Counted from the stretch's first letter, positions 1 to 12,725 are shown. The stretch: DNA of 64,000 bases from Octopus vulgaris (GCA_951406725.2 OX597831.1:31434001-31498000); one strand, 5' to 3'. Notes: generated from the sequence alone by a model not told the origin. A program made the numbers and translations.

Positions 1-204
1 GGGAAGGGAGTGTAATGAAATCAACGTCATAATGCGTTGTCAAGGAGACCAGCGTTCTTTTAGAACAACTTCATGGCTTGAAGAGACCAAAACAGAAATG
101 GCTAAGAAAGCCCGAATTGGCATCTATAAGGGAAGTAACTCTCTAAAAATGCTTATATAGTTATTTCCCTTACAAACCCGAGCAACGCCGGGCAATACTG
201 CTAG
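1..204 (+). mobile_element. 3' end of a Helitron-type element, cut by the window edge
   Basis: GC hairpin CCCGAGCAACGCCGGG at 177-192, then CTAG at 201-204 followed by T. The last ~80 bp are nearly identical to the end of the complete element at 36791-37088. Confidence 0.85.
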
Positions 205-506
205 TATACAAATAAAAAAATGGAGGAATAGGTTCCTTTCAATCATCAACTTACAGATAATACCAATTCATATAATTTATTAACTAATTAAATAGGAACA
301 TCCAAATCCAACAGAATAAAACAATATACATCAATAAGTAAGATAATGAGGTAAAACATTTCACCTTCGCCCATCTAATAAAATAAATGAACTAATTGCA
401 TTGCAAATGTAAGCATTTATGTATTAGCCTTTTGGGTACTTCACTGGCAGTATATTGGATAACTGATATCCCATAGTGGGTTACACTCATAACCCCTATC
501 TCACTT

Positions 507-550
<44 letters not shown>

Positions 551-551
<1 letters not shown>

Positions 552-929
552 TCTTTTACTTGTTTCAGTCATTTGACTGTGGCCATGCTGGAGCACCGCC
601 TTTAATCGAGCAACTCGACCCCGGGACTTATTCTTTTGTAAGCCCAGTACTTATTCTATCGGTCTCTTTTGCCGAACTGCTAAGTAACGGGGACATAAAC
701 ACACCAGCATCGGTTGTCAAGCAATGCTAGGGGGAAAAACACATATATATATATGTATATATATATATATACGACGGGCTTCTTTCAGTTTCAGTCTACC
801 AAATCCACTCACAAGGCTTTGGTCGGCCCGATGCTATAGTAGAAGACACTTGCCCAAGGTGCCACGCAGTGGGACTGAACCCGGAACCATGTGGTTGGTA
901 AGCAAGCTACTTACCACACAGCCACTCCT
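551..929 (-). mobile_element. tRNA-derived SINE, family A (~400 bp, octopus-type), near full length
   Basis: Head AGGAGTGGCTGTGTGGTAAG...GGTTCAGTCCC (A/B-box-like), central (TA)n and tail GACTGAAACAAGTAAAAGAG. At least 8 near-identical copies in the window. Confidence 0.9.
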
Positions 930-1719
930 ATATATATATTGTAGCTACTTTCTCATAGACAAGCAAAGCGACTGCTAGAAAGAATCAATCATTGAAATGA
1001 GTCATTGATGATGCAATGAGAGACCCCTGTTTTTTTCTTCATAACCCGCTTTCTCTGGCTGTCTCTTGTGTGTGTTTTTCTCTAGAGAGAAAAAGAGGTA
1101 GAGGTAGTGAGAGAGAGAGGAAACAGTGAGAGAGAGAGATATAAAGAGGGACATATAGACAGCGAGAAAGTAGAGGTCCAGCAGCGACTCCAAAGGAATA
1201 AACGTAATGTATAGACTTAGAAATAGTTAGAAGTGGATTGAGTGAGGGGGGGGGGTTATTTTTTCACTATGTAAAAAACATTATGGTGAAATAGACAGTA
1301 AGTGGATTGCTAGAAATAGGAGCCAACTCACCCCCTACCCATTCCGTTTTTTGAAAATAAGTGCACAGTTATCTGCAGAATGGTCAAATTAACTTTAAAA
1401 ACATGGAAAAGCTGTAATAGCAATTTTATTTAGTGATCTCAGTGGTCAACATGCATAAAAATTTTGTTTTTTATAAGGATAAGGATAAATATAAATATAA
1501 ATATATATATATATAGTAAAGCTTAGTTATTAGCTTAATGTCATGAAACTAGAGCTAAGCACTGGTTTTTAGAAGGCATTTACACAGCCTAACATATGCA
1601 CACACACAAACATGACTCCCAAACACCATGAAGGGCTTGTGAAGTGAATAACAAGCAGTTCTTTCACTCAGTCTACTAGAAATACCGGCAAATCGTCCTT
1701 CAAACTGCATGTTACACAT

Positions 1720-1890
1720 CACCATTTAACACCTAATTTCCATACTGGCATGGGTTGGATGTTTTGAGAGCAGCCAATGAGCCAGAGAACTGCATTAAGT
1801 TCCAATGTATGGTTTCTATAGTTTGATGCCCTTCCTGATGCCAACCACTTTACAGAATGTACAAGGTGCTTTACATGGCACTAGCACTGG
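1720..1890 (-). mobile_element. Decayed 3' part of SINE/RTE-tail repeat (family C)
   Basis: Reverse complement of the GTGGTTGGCATCAGGAAGGGCATC...CCAACCCATGCCAG motif seen at 6765-6900, 38805-38930 and 46008-46135. Confidence 0.65.
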
Positions 1891-2702
1891 TGAGGTTACT
1901 AGGTATTTTACAAGGAAAGATCCCTTAAATGAGTGAGGAGAATTGAGGGAGGTAGGTTTGTACCAGGTGAGGAAAGGTTGAAGTATGGTAGAGGGGCAGG
2001 AATTACTCAATATTAAAAAAAAAAACTAAACCTATATATATATTAGCCCTGGGTATAACTTTAAACTGCATCTGGCAGTGTGGCAACCTCCTATCTACTA
2101 TTGTTCTCAGTTCTATTCTGACCCAGAGTAATAACACCAGTCGGTGTATGCATCGATGGGTTAAATAGCATGTAATCTCCCAAGCCAGGGAATGCTGAAA
2201 TCATGGGATGCAGCATGGTGGATGAGAACTATTTCAGCAGATGGTCTTGTCATAGGCACGTATCACCAGATGCTGAATGAATTAACAGACAGCAAGCTGT
2301 CAATAGCCTGGTTCAGCCAGCTCAGATAGTGTACTACTATCATCTGTAACCATGGCATGCACAGATGAGATATTCCAGATAGTGTGAGACCATGTGGCTA
2401 AAACACAAGACAGACATTTCATGCATCGTCATTTAGTCGGGACATCTGGCATGGAAGAGTTACATCAGTCCAGGTAAGTCGCCCGACTGGATTAATTGTG
2501 ATATCTATGAGGAGGTACCCAAAAGTAACCAGAAACGTTCACTGAGGGACGAATCCATTGTAGATCAGGATTCTGCTGTTAGAGGTCACTTGATGCGACC
2601 CTCAGGCATCAGTCGGTTGACTGGAGGCAGCAAGTAGGATCAAACAGCCACATAATGCATCTTTGTTTTGCAGTGCTTCTCCAATGTTTGTCAAATTTTG
2701 CA

Positions 2703-3517
2703 ATGGCTGAAATGAAGGAACAGCATGCTTCTGAAATTCTGTTTTCTGCTGGGGGAAAACAGCAGCCAAAACAGTTATCATGCTTCAAAAGAGCTGACAA
2801 GGACACTGCCATGAGCAAAACACAAGTTTATGAGTGGTTTCCACACTTTAGGAACGGTCACTTGTCACTTGAAGACCAAACCTCATTCAGAACGAATGCC
2901 AACCTACTGAACAAATGAAAACATCCTGAAAATTCTGTTTTCTGCTGGGGGGAAAACAGCAGCCAAAACAGTTATCATGCTTCAAAACAGCTGACAAGGA
3001 CACTGCCATGAGCAAAACACAAGTTTATGAGTGGTTTCCACACTTCAGGAATGGTCACTTGTCACTTGAAGACCAAACCTCATTCAGAACGAATGCCAAC
3101 CAACTGAACAAATGAAAACATCCTGAAAATTCATGAACTGATTTTGGAGGATTGCCACTGAACAATTGATGAATTTGTTGATATGACTGGTGTGTGTCCT
3201 GGAGCATCTGCCAACAAATTTTGAGCAAGGAATTGTGAATGATAAAGAACTGCAGCAAAATTTGTGCCTCACTTGTTAATGGAAGATCAAAAGCAGTCAC
3301 AACTGAAAGAACAGTTGGAAGTTGATCCAGATCTTTTTCGAAGGTCATCACTGGTGCTATGAAATTTGCAGATGTTGAAGAAGTGAAGCAAAAATAATGA
3401 CGGAGGCGTTAAAAGGCATTACTTCACAAGAGCTCCAGCACTGCTTCCTTCAAATAGTGGCAAACACACATGTGCCGATGCATTGCTTCAAATGGAGAAT
3501 ACTTTGAAGGTGATAAA
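2703..3517 (+). pseudogene. Mariner transposase pseudogene (frameshifts, internal duplication, most of the DDD domain deleted)
   Basis: Translated pieces: MAEMKEQ, KFCFLLGKTA, AMSKTQVYEWF, AAKFVPHLL (WVPHEL-type linker), DPDLFSKVITG and the mariner C-terminus CIASNGEYFEGD. Confidence 0.85.
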
Positions 3518-3520
3518 AAT

Positions 3521-4040
3521 GTGGCTGTGTGGTAAGTAGCTTGCTAACCAACCACATGGTTCCGGGTTCAGTCCCACTGCGTGGCATCTTGGGCAAGTGT
3601 CTTCTACTATAGCCTCGGGCCGACCAAAGCCTTGTGAGTGGATTTGGTAGACGGAAACTGAAAGAAGCCCGTCGTATATATGTGTATATATATATATATA
3701 TATATAAGGTTAATCCAAACAAGAAAACACAGAAAAAAAGAGAAAAAAACACAGCAACGCAGGACGTGGAACAATTAAAGTATTATTGACGCTCAGGAAA
3801 GAAGGGAAGGAGCGTGTGTGTGTTTGTGTGTCTGTGTTTGTCCCTCTAGCATTGCTTGACAACCGATGCTGGTGTGTTTATGTCCCCGTTACTTAGCGGT
3901 TCAGCAAAAGAGACTGATAGAATAAGTACTAGGCTTACAAAAGAATAAGTCCCGGGGTCGATTTGCTCGATTAAAGGCGGTGCTCCAGCATGGCCGCAGT
4001 CAAATGACTGAAACAAGTAAAAGAGTAAAAGAGTAAGAGT
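3521..4040 (+). mobile_element. SINE family A inside the mariner, itself interrupted at 3706-3812
   Basis: Same head and tail as other family A copies. The central microsatellite contains a foreign ~105-bp segment. Confidence 0.9.
3706..3812 (-). mobile_element. Terminal fragment of the hammerhead-bearing, Penelope-like element
   Basis: GTTAATCCAAAC...GTGGAACAA...CTCAGGAAA shared with 6927-7025 and 28301-28400. Abuts (TA)n. Confidence 0.65.
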
Positions 4041-4453
4041 ATGCAAAATTCCTGTCTCTTTCAGGTACACCCTCATATAAGGTCTGAAGAGAAAGAAACA
4101 CATATGTTACAGCTGGAATATCTTTAATATTAGCTCTGCTCAATGAAGGTTGGATTAGGGTTAAACAAATATATCAACAATAGTAAAATATGTCTTCCTG
4201 CAGAACAGAAAATAATTACGGTGAACTTGAAATCCCAAAAAAAAAAAAAAAAAAAAAAAAGAAATTTGTTTTCTGCAATAAAAATTTACATTTGAAAACT
4301 TTTGGTAAACTTATTCAACATGGAGTTATAAAAACAAAAGATTAATTAAATAAAATAAATGCACACGAGTATGAAATGCTTATGTGCAGCTATTTTAGCA
4401 CTGCATATTTGGCGTCAATGACTGAACACTAACTTATTTGACATAAAACATAC

Positions 4454-4863
4454 TCTCTCTTTTACTTGTTTCAGTCATTTGACTGCGGCCATGCTGGAGC
4501 ACCGCCTTTAATCGAGCAACTCGACCCCGGGACTTATTCTTTTTGTAAGCCCAGTACTTATTCTATCGGTCTCTTTTTGCCGAACCGCTAAGTAACGGGA
4601 ACATAACCACACCAGCATCGGTTGTCAAGCAATGCTAGGGGGACAAACACAGACACACTAACACATACACGCGTATATATATATATATACATATATATAC
4701 GACGGGCTTCTTTCAGTTTCCGTCTACCAAATCCACTCACAAGGCTTTGGTCGGCCCGAGGCTATAGCAGGAGACACTTGCCCAAGGTGCCACGCAGTGG
4801 AACTGAACCCAGAACCATGTGGTTGGTTAGCAAGCTACTTACCACACAGCCACTCCTGCGCCT
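4454..4863 (-). mobile_element. SINE family A, full length
   Basis: Complete head (reverse complement AGGCGCAGGAGTGGCTGTGTGG) and tail. Confidence 0.9.
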
Positions 4864-5369
4864 AACATCTTAATGTTTCTTTCATTTTTTCCTACCCTCC
4901 TTCTCTTTATATATGGGACCATGTGTCCCTTTATGCATATGAGAAGAGGAAAACTGCATTCAATTAATAAATTGCAATGTCTCTTTTCCTCTCATTCTTC
5001 CTCTGCATGCACCTGTATATGTATGTTTGCCCCCAGGGCCAAAATCTACCATTGCCAAAACAGGTTGAGTGTCGTCCAGTCAACCATGCCAAATCAACTG
5101 CATCTAAACAACTGCACCAAATCATTTCATTTCACATACACAGATTTACCTTTGCCACTGCCTATTCTGGAGTTGTGATTACTTTGGGTAACAAGAACCC
5201 TTTTAGTCCAGTTTTCATTGATTTGTGCCATAAAATTCTCCTCAAACTGCAACAACTTCGTTTCAAAAGTTTCATATTCTTGCTGGAAATCAAAGATTTC
5301 GTATCTGAAATAGAAGCAGAGATACTCTTCAAAAAATCGGTTCTTTTATGTCTCTTGTCAATGTTGAAT

Positions 5370-5590
5370 ATTGGTTTCAAATTTTGGCACAAGGCCAGCA
5401 ATTCCAGGGGATGGGGGTCAGTCAAATACATTGATCCCAGTGCTCAACTAGTAATTATCTTATCGACCCCATAAGGATGAAAGACAAAGTTGACCCTAGC
5501 AGAATTTGAACTCAGAATGTAAAGATAGGTGAAATACCACTAATCATTTTGTTCGGCATGCTAGTGATTCTATCAACTCACCACCTTAAT
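5370..5590 (-). mobile_element. SINE family B (~230 bp), decayed
   Basis: Contains ATCGACCCC..AAGGATGAAAG..AAAGTTGACC...GAATTTGAACTCAGAA, the core shared with 46879-47109 and 56960-57180. Confidence 0.8.
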
Positions 5591-5783
5591 CATACCTTAG
5601 CACTAACATCAGATGTGCTCAGCTAACCTTTTTGTTACCCTATTTCTTTTGAAACATTGCTTTTGCTTCAATTAATTTTCAAACTAATGAAGAATTTAGT
5701 GAAATAATGTTTCCATTGTTATGTTGATGTACAGAACAAAAATTAACATGCAGGTTTGATGGGAGGTCTTTCAATTACTTTAA

Positions 5784-6100
5784 CCCTTGACCATTTAATC
5801 CAGCCATATCTGGCCTAAATGTTCTGTTTTATGTTGAAACTGACCAGATCCAACCTCTCATACCTATTTCTTTATTACCCACAAGGGGCTAAAGACAGAG
5901 GGGACAAACAAGGACAGACATAGGTATTAAGTCGATTACATCGACCCCAGTGCATAACTGGTACTTAATTTATCGACCCCGAAAGGATGAAAGGCAAAGT
6001 TGACCTCGGCGGAATTTGAACTCACAACGTAACGACAGACGAAATACATAAAACAGATTAGCTATTTTGGCCGGATATGGTCGGTTTAAATACTAAAGGG
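5784..6100. mobile_element. TTAA-flanked MITE pieces with a family B SINE (5865-6050) between them
   Basis: TTAA-CCCTT at 5780 and AAAGGG-TTAA at 6095-6104. Both arms match the right end of the MITE family at 18250 and 33464. Confidence 0.6.
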
Positions 6101-6429
6101 TTAAAATGATCTACCATCACTGGTAGGTATTCAGGGTACGTAGAGTGTAGCGTAGTGCAACAGTTAGAGTATGCTGTGTGTGGGTATATTGTGTAGTGAT
6201 GTGCCACTCGGGGTATGTTGTGTACAGACTGTATAGAAATGTGATCGTCAGAGTATGTTGAATGTGGACACACTAATGGCAGTCTGATCTTCTGTTGTTT
6301 AGACTCAAATCAATAAGGATCGAGTAGTGGTTTCCAGTTCAATTTATTGCCCGTGTAGAACTACCAACTACTAACAGTGTGGACAACATCCATCATCCAT
6401 AATTTGCATCACTACAGCATTCGTTCTAT

Positions 6430-6915
6430 GTATTTATGCATGCCTTTCCTCCCTTGGACACAAAGACCTGTTGAGGCAAGCGAAGTCGATATAGAACCTC
6501 ATCCAACGACAGGCACCCATGCCAACCCCCTTTGCTTGCGAAGACACGTTGGGGCAAGTGAAATCGAAATCGAATTGAACCAGCCAGGACCCCTGGACTG
6601 GTGGTACGTAATAAGCACTATCCGACTCGTGGCCGATGCCAGCGCCGCCTCAACTGGCTTCCATGCCGGTGGCACGTAAAATGCACCAATCCGACCGTGG
6701 CCGTTGCCAGCCTCGCCTGGCACCTGTGTAGGTGGCACGTAAAAAGCACCCACTACACTCATGGAGTGGTTGGCGTTAGGAAGGGCATCCAGCTGTAGAA
6801 ACATTGCCAGATAAGACTGGAGGCCTGGGGCAGCCTTCTGGCTTCCCAGATCCCCGGTCGAACCGTCCAACCCATGCTAGCATGGAGAACGGACGTTAAA
6901 CGATGATGATGATGA
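6430..6915 (+). mobile_element. Long family C retroposon 3' region with (GAT)n tail
   Basis: Repeated GGTGGCACGTAAAA subunits, then GGAAGGGCATCCAGCTGTAGAAA and GCATGGAGAACGGACGTTAAACGATGATGATG. Confidence 0.75.
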
Positions 6916-6926
6916 TATATATATAT

Positions 6927-7025
6927 AGTTAATCCAAACAAGAAAACAAAAAGACAACAACGCAAGGATGTGGAACAAATAAAGTATTATTGGACTCTCA
7001 GGAAAGAAGGGAAGAAGGAGGGTTT
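6927..7025 (-). mobile_element. Terminal fragment of the hammerhead-bearing, Penelope-like element
   Basis: Matches 28303-28400, abuts (TA)n and stops just at the ribozyme motif. Confidence 0.65.
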
Positions 7026-8439
7026 CAAATGAAAAGGTGTTACGCTTAATTAAAGCTCACAACCGCATAAAATCTCCAAATTTCCTAGCAGAAAACAGAA
7101 TCGAACTGTCATTTGCTTCCTCAGAAATACTTGAAGTGAAATGTTTTGATTTTGTAGAGTTATATCGAAAGAATGCCCAATATATATCTCTACATATATA
7201 TAAAACTGAGAATGTCTGTCTGTGTGTTTCCCTAAAACTTGAGAACTACACAACCAATTTCATTCAAATTTTACACATGCCTTACTTAAGGTCCGGGGAG
7301 TGTCATCGGCAAAAAAAATCTTAACTTTTTCCCTAGGGCGACCCCACAGCAATATCATATCTTCTCCACTATTTCAGTATTACGTGTTAAAAGTGAAACA
7401 AAAACATCTCTCTATTGTAATGCAGACACTTTCACTTTAATACTGAAACTATTAAAGTGTAAGTATTATATAACAGGGATGAACCATTAACAATGGTCAT
7501 CCATTTTGCTAGAAGAAGATCCGCTATGGTCTTATATGCTACACCACTGGTTTTCAATTCATATTAATCAAATAAATATTCAATTTTTCACCCTTATTAT
7601 GTGTGTATTAGCAATTCGTATAAAATTGCATCAATGACTTGAACTTGAATAAGTGGTTTCACATAAATGGGGATAAATTAAAAGGTTTGTTATTATTATT
7701 ACTGTTTGACTACTGTAATCACGTTTGTTGGTTCCTTGTCAAGGAAACATTGTGTTGTATTTGTTAAATAATTGTAAACCGTAACCCCTCCCACTTTTGG
7801 AGAAGGGGCTTTGGCTATTGTTTAAAAATTGAATTGTGTCCCTGTTTGGGGAAATTGACAGTATTTTCACCATCCTTACGGAAGCATTTTTGTTAAAATG
7901 CCTTCGATAGAAGAAAGTCCAAAAATGAATTTGCTGCAGCCGTACACTTCTATACAAGAGGGAGGACAAGATCCAATTGATCGAAATTGCAAGAGACGGG
8001 CCTACAATTCCAGTCTGTTATATATTTTGAGTATTGCTATCACTCGCGATATCAAGATATAACTTTGTATTTTGTATTTTATGTGCGAGATGTATATATA
8101 TAGATGTACATGTAAAATGTACACATATATACATGCATAATATATCTACCCATACATGCATAATATATCTACCCATACACACACACATACATAGGGGCAG
8201 ATGTGGCTGTGTGGTAACAAACTACATTCCAAACACATGGTCCTGGGTTCGGTCCCACAGTGTGGTGACTTGGCATGTGTCTTCTGCTATGGCCTCGGAC
8301 CAACAAAAGCCTTCTCAGTGGATTTTGTACATATATACAGGCATACATACATATATATACTTGCATACGCACATATTCAGCATAAACACTCTACCACTAC
8401 AACTAATAACTGTTGGGAACACTTTCAAACCTGCCTTAC

Positions 8440-8785
8440 ATTCGAACCGAAATCTCAACGCCCGAGTTTTCCATCCGAAGTTAATCTCTCTCATGGAGCT
8501 CATACAAAAAGGGCAAGTCTTTGGGCCCATACAATGTGACATGTACACAATCGAGTGGCAAAAAAGGGGCCTTCCACATGCTCATAACCTGCTTTGGCTC
8601 TCAGCGAAGATCAATTCCAATGACATCGACAAGATAATCTCTGCAGAGCTTCCTGATCCAGCTTTAGACAAAGAACTATACGAAATAGTTAAAGCAAACA
8701 TGGTACATGGTCCAAGTGGGCGTGGATTCAACATAAACACACCATGCTTGAAGGACAGCATATGTTCAAAAAGATTTCCAAGGAA
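8440..8785 (+). pseudogene. Helitron Rep (HUH endonuclease) fragment
   Basis: ARVF..KL..LM.LI.KGQVFG, YTIEWQKRGLPHAHNLLW (HUH motif 2), IDKIISAELPDP, MVHGP and CSKRFPR in the 8034 frame. Confidence 0.92.
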
Positions 8786-10276
8786 TTGTCGACGTATGGC
8801 CTGCCACAAGCATTCAGGTCAGGGTCAAATAGCCTTCCCACTGCTGTCATTCGTGAAACAACCTACGACACTCAAGCGCTTTCAAAGTACATTGTTGAAA
8901 ATGAGCCTAAATTACTTCCGGACCAGCTGCAGGCTTAAAAAACTATTCTTAACAGTGTACACCAACGTGAGGGACGAATCTTCTTCCACGATGCTCCTGG
9001 AGGGACAGGAAAAACATTTATTACAAAGCTTCTCCTTGCAGAAGTTAGGCAGCATCAGGACATTGCAGTAGCTGTAGCCTCCTCTGGCATTGCAGCTACT
9101 TTGTTACCCGGTGGCAGGACAGCACACTCAACTTTTAAACTCCCTCCCAATTTAGCAGCATCCGAAATGCCTTCATGCAACATCAACAAAAGCTCAGATC
9201 AGGGACAAGTACTTAAAATGTGTCATCTAACTGTCTGGGATGAGCGCACTATGGCTCACAAGGGAGCTTTGGAAGCATTAGATAGAGCCCTGAAAGACAT
9301 CCGAGACTGTCAGGCTCCAATGGGAGGTGTAACGCTTCTGTTGTCAGGTAATTTCAGGCAAACTCTTTCTGTCATTCCGAAAGGCACTAGAGCAGATGAA
9401 GTCCAAGCATGCCTAAAGTCCTCTACCCTGTGGAATCATGTTACAATCCTCAGTCTCACCACTAACATGAGAGCTCAGCTACACGGCGACAAAATGTCCA
9501 CAAAGTTTGCACAGGACATTTTGACACCTGGTGAAAGCAAGATGCTTCTTGATGCTGCAGGACAAATGGAAGTGTGGTCATTTTCCTCTGTTGTTAATTC
9601 TGTAGATGACCTCAAAAATAAAGTCTTTCCGAACTTCACACAAAACTACCAAAATCACAATTGGGTGTGTGAAAGAGCAATATTAGCTCCTAAAAACGTC
9701 ACTGTTAACAAAATTAATCAACAGCTAATGCATTCTCTTCCCGGCACTATACACACTTACAAGTCTGTTGATACAATTCCAGATATAAATGAAGTTGTGA
9801 ACTATCCTCCTGAATTTCTCAATTCACTGGAGCCTCCTGGACTACCTCCACACATATTAGCACTTAAAGTTGGAACTCCTGTAATGCTACTCTGCAATCT
9901 GGAACCACCAAGACTTTACAATGGAACACGACTGGCGATAAAGAAAATGATGTCACACGTTATCGAGGCGATCATTCTTTCTGGATGTGGAAAAAGTGAT
10001 GACGTCTTTATTCCAAGAATTCCTCTTACTCCATCAGGAGCAGAAATTCCATTTACATTCAGAAGACTGCAATTCCCCCTTCGTGTCAGCTTTGCCATGT
10101 CCATTAACAAATCTCAGGGTCAAATCCTCTCTGTAGCTGGTCTTCTCTTGGAAGAGCCCTGCTTCTCGCATGGGCAACTGTATGTTGGCTGCTCAAGAGT
10201 AGGAACCAAAAGAAACCTTTTTGTATATGCTCCACAAGGAAAAGCAAGGAACATTGTTTACAACGAGGTGTTATAA
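8777..10276 (+). pseudogene. Helitron PIF1-family (SF1B) DNA helicase, one in-frame stop at 8936-8938
   Basis: ORFs 8744 and 9101 share a frame. Walker A DAPGGTGKT at 8990, then VASSGIAATLLPGGRTAHS, VWDE, GNFRQTL, RAILAPKN, QFPLRVSFAMSINKSQGQ, FSHGQLYVGCSRV and NIVYNEVL*. Confidence 0.93.
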
Positions 10277-10979
10277 TCTCAACAGCCATACTTTCATGTA
10301 TTTATATTAATATACATATATGTGTGTGTGTGTGTGTGTATCCATATATATAACAGAAGTCTAATTCTTCAATTGAATGTAACCTTCCACGCTGCAATTG
10401 TGTGTATGTATATATATATATATATATATAATATATACGGAAAGGAGATGCTTTGTTTTTATGTATGAATATATATGTGTTCTGTTGAGTCAAAACTATT
10501 GAAAAGGTTGCAAGACGCAACGAAAATTTTAGGAAAATAAAAATAAGAAAAAAGTGGGAATTTTACAGGGTGAGTGTGTTTATAAGGCACAAAAAGAAAA
10601 TGACTCTTCCCAGACACAACAGAATATGCTTCAACACACGAACTCATATAAAGAACCTTGCAAACCATATCCAAAAACGAAATATGTATGTGTTCTGTAT
10701 GCAGAGCGATCTATCTCGTGATAGGAAACTGAGGAGCGTCCAATAAACCAAATAAACATTGATAGTAAAATAAGGATCAGAAATAAAGTAAAATAAGAAT
10801 CATCTTGATATTTAAACAATACTTACTCAGTCATAGTTTCCATTTCGCTTAACTCAACAATGAAACTGACCCAATGTTGTTTTGGTGGAGTTTAATTTGC
10901 TCCGACGGCATTTAACTTAACCGCTTTCGGGATATTAGCCAATCAGATTAGGACTAATGACTAAAATCAAATTGACCAA

Positions 10980-11421
10980 TCATAGATGGTTTTACGGGCA
11001 TCTGACGAGTTACCGTTCGTAGCAGCGTATGTAAAAGTATGTTTGTGTATCTGCTTGCATGTGTTTATGTGTGTGTGTGTGTATGTGCTTGCATGTGTTT
11101 ATGTGTGTGTGTGTGTATGTGCTTGCATGTGTTTATGTGTGTGTGTTTGTGCCTGCATGTGTATATGTGTGTGTGTTTGTTTCTGTATGTGTGAATTGTA
11201 TAGGTTTTTATAGTAAAGTTTATCATAGATGGTTTTACGGACATCTGACGAGTTACCGTTCGTAGTAGCGTATGTAAAAGTATGTTTGTGTATCTGCTTG
11301 AATGTGTTTATGTGTTTGTGCTTGCATGTGTTTATGTGTGTGCGTTTGTCCCTGCATGTGTATATGTGTGTGTGTGTTTGTTTCTGTATGTGTGAATTGT
11401 ACAGGTTTTATAGTAAAGTTT
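10980..11421. repeat. Tandem duplication, first unit ~243 bp, containing (TG)-rich minisatellite
   Basis: TCATAGATGGTTTTACGG.CATCTGACGAGTTACCGTTCGTAG at 10980 and 11223. Both units end GTGAATTGTA.AGGTTTT(T)ATAGTAAAGTTTA. Confidence 0.9.
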
Positions 11422-12309
11422 ATGTTGGTGAGACTGTGTATGCGTGTTGCTCCAGCAAATTTGTTTTTTTTTTTTTCATTATTTTTTTATAAATGACATT
11501 TTGCTACGACGTATTTTCGAAAGTGTAGATGACAGTTATATCATTGAATATTTTTAAGATTTTATTTAGCCTACTACAATGTACGTCAAAAAAATTCAGG
11601 GATAGAATTTTTGATTTGTATTGTGGTACGCTAAAGGTAAAATTCGGAAACTTTGTTATTCCTAGGAATTTTTGACAAATCTACAGATGTACGTGGTTTG
11701 ACCATCACCACCCCCGACTTTGTTTTTTTCTTAACTTTCTGTTTGTTAATGAAATTTTTCACACGCTTAGTTCCCGACCACATGGTTCTGGGTTCAGTCA
11801 CACTGTGTGACACCTTGGGTAACTATTTTCTACTTTAGCCTCGAGCCGAACAAAACCTTGTGAATGGATTTGGTAGACGAAACTGAAAGAAGCCCGAAAA
11901 ATATCCATCTATACCTGTGCATCTGTTTGTCATCCACCACGGATCTTTTCACTTTGACCGGCAGATTTTTAAAAATAATTTCTTTGTAACTAAACACTTT
12001 TAAACTTCGTATACTGGTAGAATGTGTTACATAAAAAATATTTTTCTCTTGGCTTTCTTGAGAAAATTATGTAGTTTTTAAGCTATTTCTCGTTTAATTT
12101 CTTGCATTTCGGCAATTTCAACCAATCAATGACGTCTATTGAGGTGAATACAATTTCTGCCGTAGTTTGTCAATGTGTATGTGCATATGTCTATGTGAAT
12201 GTGCATGCATGTGTGCGTGTATCCGTGTGCTTTTGCGCGCATTTATGTGCATGTGTGTGTGCATATGAGTGTATGTATGTATGTGTGAAACGATATAACT
12301 ATTTATTAG

Positions 12310-12725
12310 TGAGGGGAGGAGTAAAGAGGATGAGAGGAGAGAGAAAAAACGAAAAAGTATGAGATTATTAGTGAGAAAGAGAGAAAAAAAGAGGGAAACA
12401 AAAATTGTGATTGTACCACGGAGGAAGTGTGAAGAAGAGAGTAAGACAAGGAGATAAAGAGAGAGGGAGGTGAGCAGACAGAGAGTGAGGGAGAGAGAAT
12501 ACGAGAAGAGAGAGTGAGGGGAGAAAGAGAGATTGTACCGGGAATTGACAGCGGGTGAGAAAGTGAGATAGAGAAAGAAAGAGAGAGAAGGTGAGTAAGA
12601 GAGATAGAGAAAGAAAGAGAGAGAAGGTGAGTAAGAGATATAAGGTGAGGGGGAGAGAGAGAAAGAACGAGATTATAGGGGGACGGACAGAGGGTGTGTG
12701 TGAAAGAAAAAAGCGAGAAGAAGGG
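12310..12725. repeat. Purine-rich (GA) low-complexity tract with a 34-bp tandem duplication
   Basis: GAGATAGAGAAAGAAAGAGAGAGAAGGTGAGTAA twice at 12565-12632. Confidence 0.85.

Larger units (their letters stand above)
2508..4075 (+). mobile_element. Decayed mariner DNA transposon with both TIRs and TA TSD, carrying a nested SINE
   Basis: 5' TA-TGAGGAGGTACCCAAAAG at 2506. 3' CTTTCAGGTACACCCTCA-TA ending 4077 is an imperfect inverted copy. Transposase remnants lie between. Confidence 0.85.
7187..10276 (+). mobile_element. Decayed autonomous-type Helitron (5' end plus RepHel; 3' terminus not located)
   Basis: A|TCTCTACATATATATAAAACTGAGAATGTCTGTCTGTGTG 5' signature at 7187, like 36791 and 59382, upstream of Rep and helicase coding remnants. 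Linking the two is inference. Confidence 0.6.

Noticed and set aside
476-978. Recurrent ORFs with RRASFSF.LPNPLTRLWSAR or FDCGHAGAPPL peptides
   Set aside because: Chance translations of SINE family A, repeated wherever the SINE occurs.
2050-2500. Exon ending at CAG|GTAAGT (2471-2479)
   Set aside because: No sustained open frame. The sequence looks more like a heavily decayed LINE end.
9101-10276. Host PIF1 helicase gene
   Set aside because: Intronless, adjacent to a Helitron Rep HUH motif, with an upstream in-frame stop and degraded motifs.
10300-12170. 3' terminus of the large Helitron
   Set aside because: No hairpin-plus-CTAG end found. The region seems to be other unclassified repeats.
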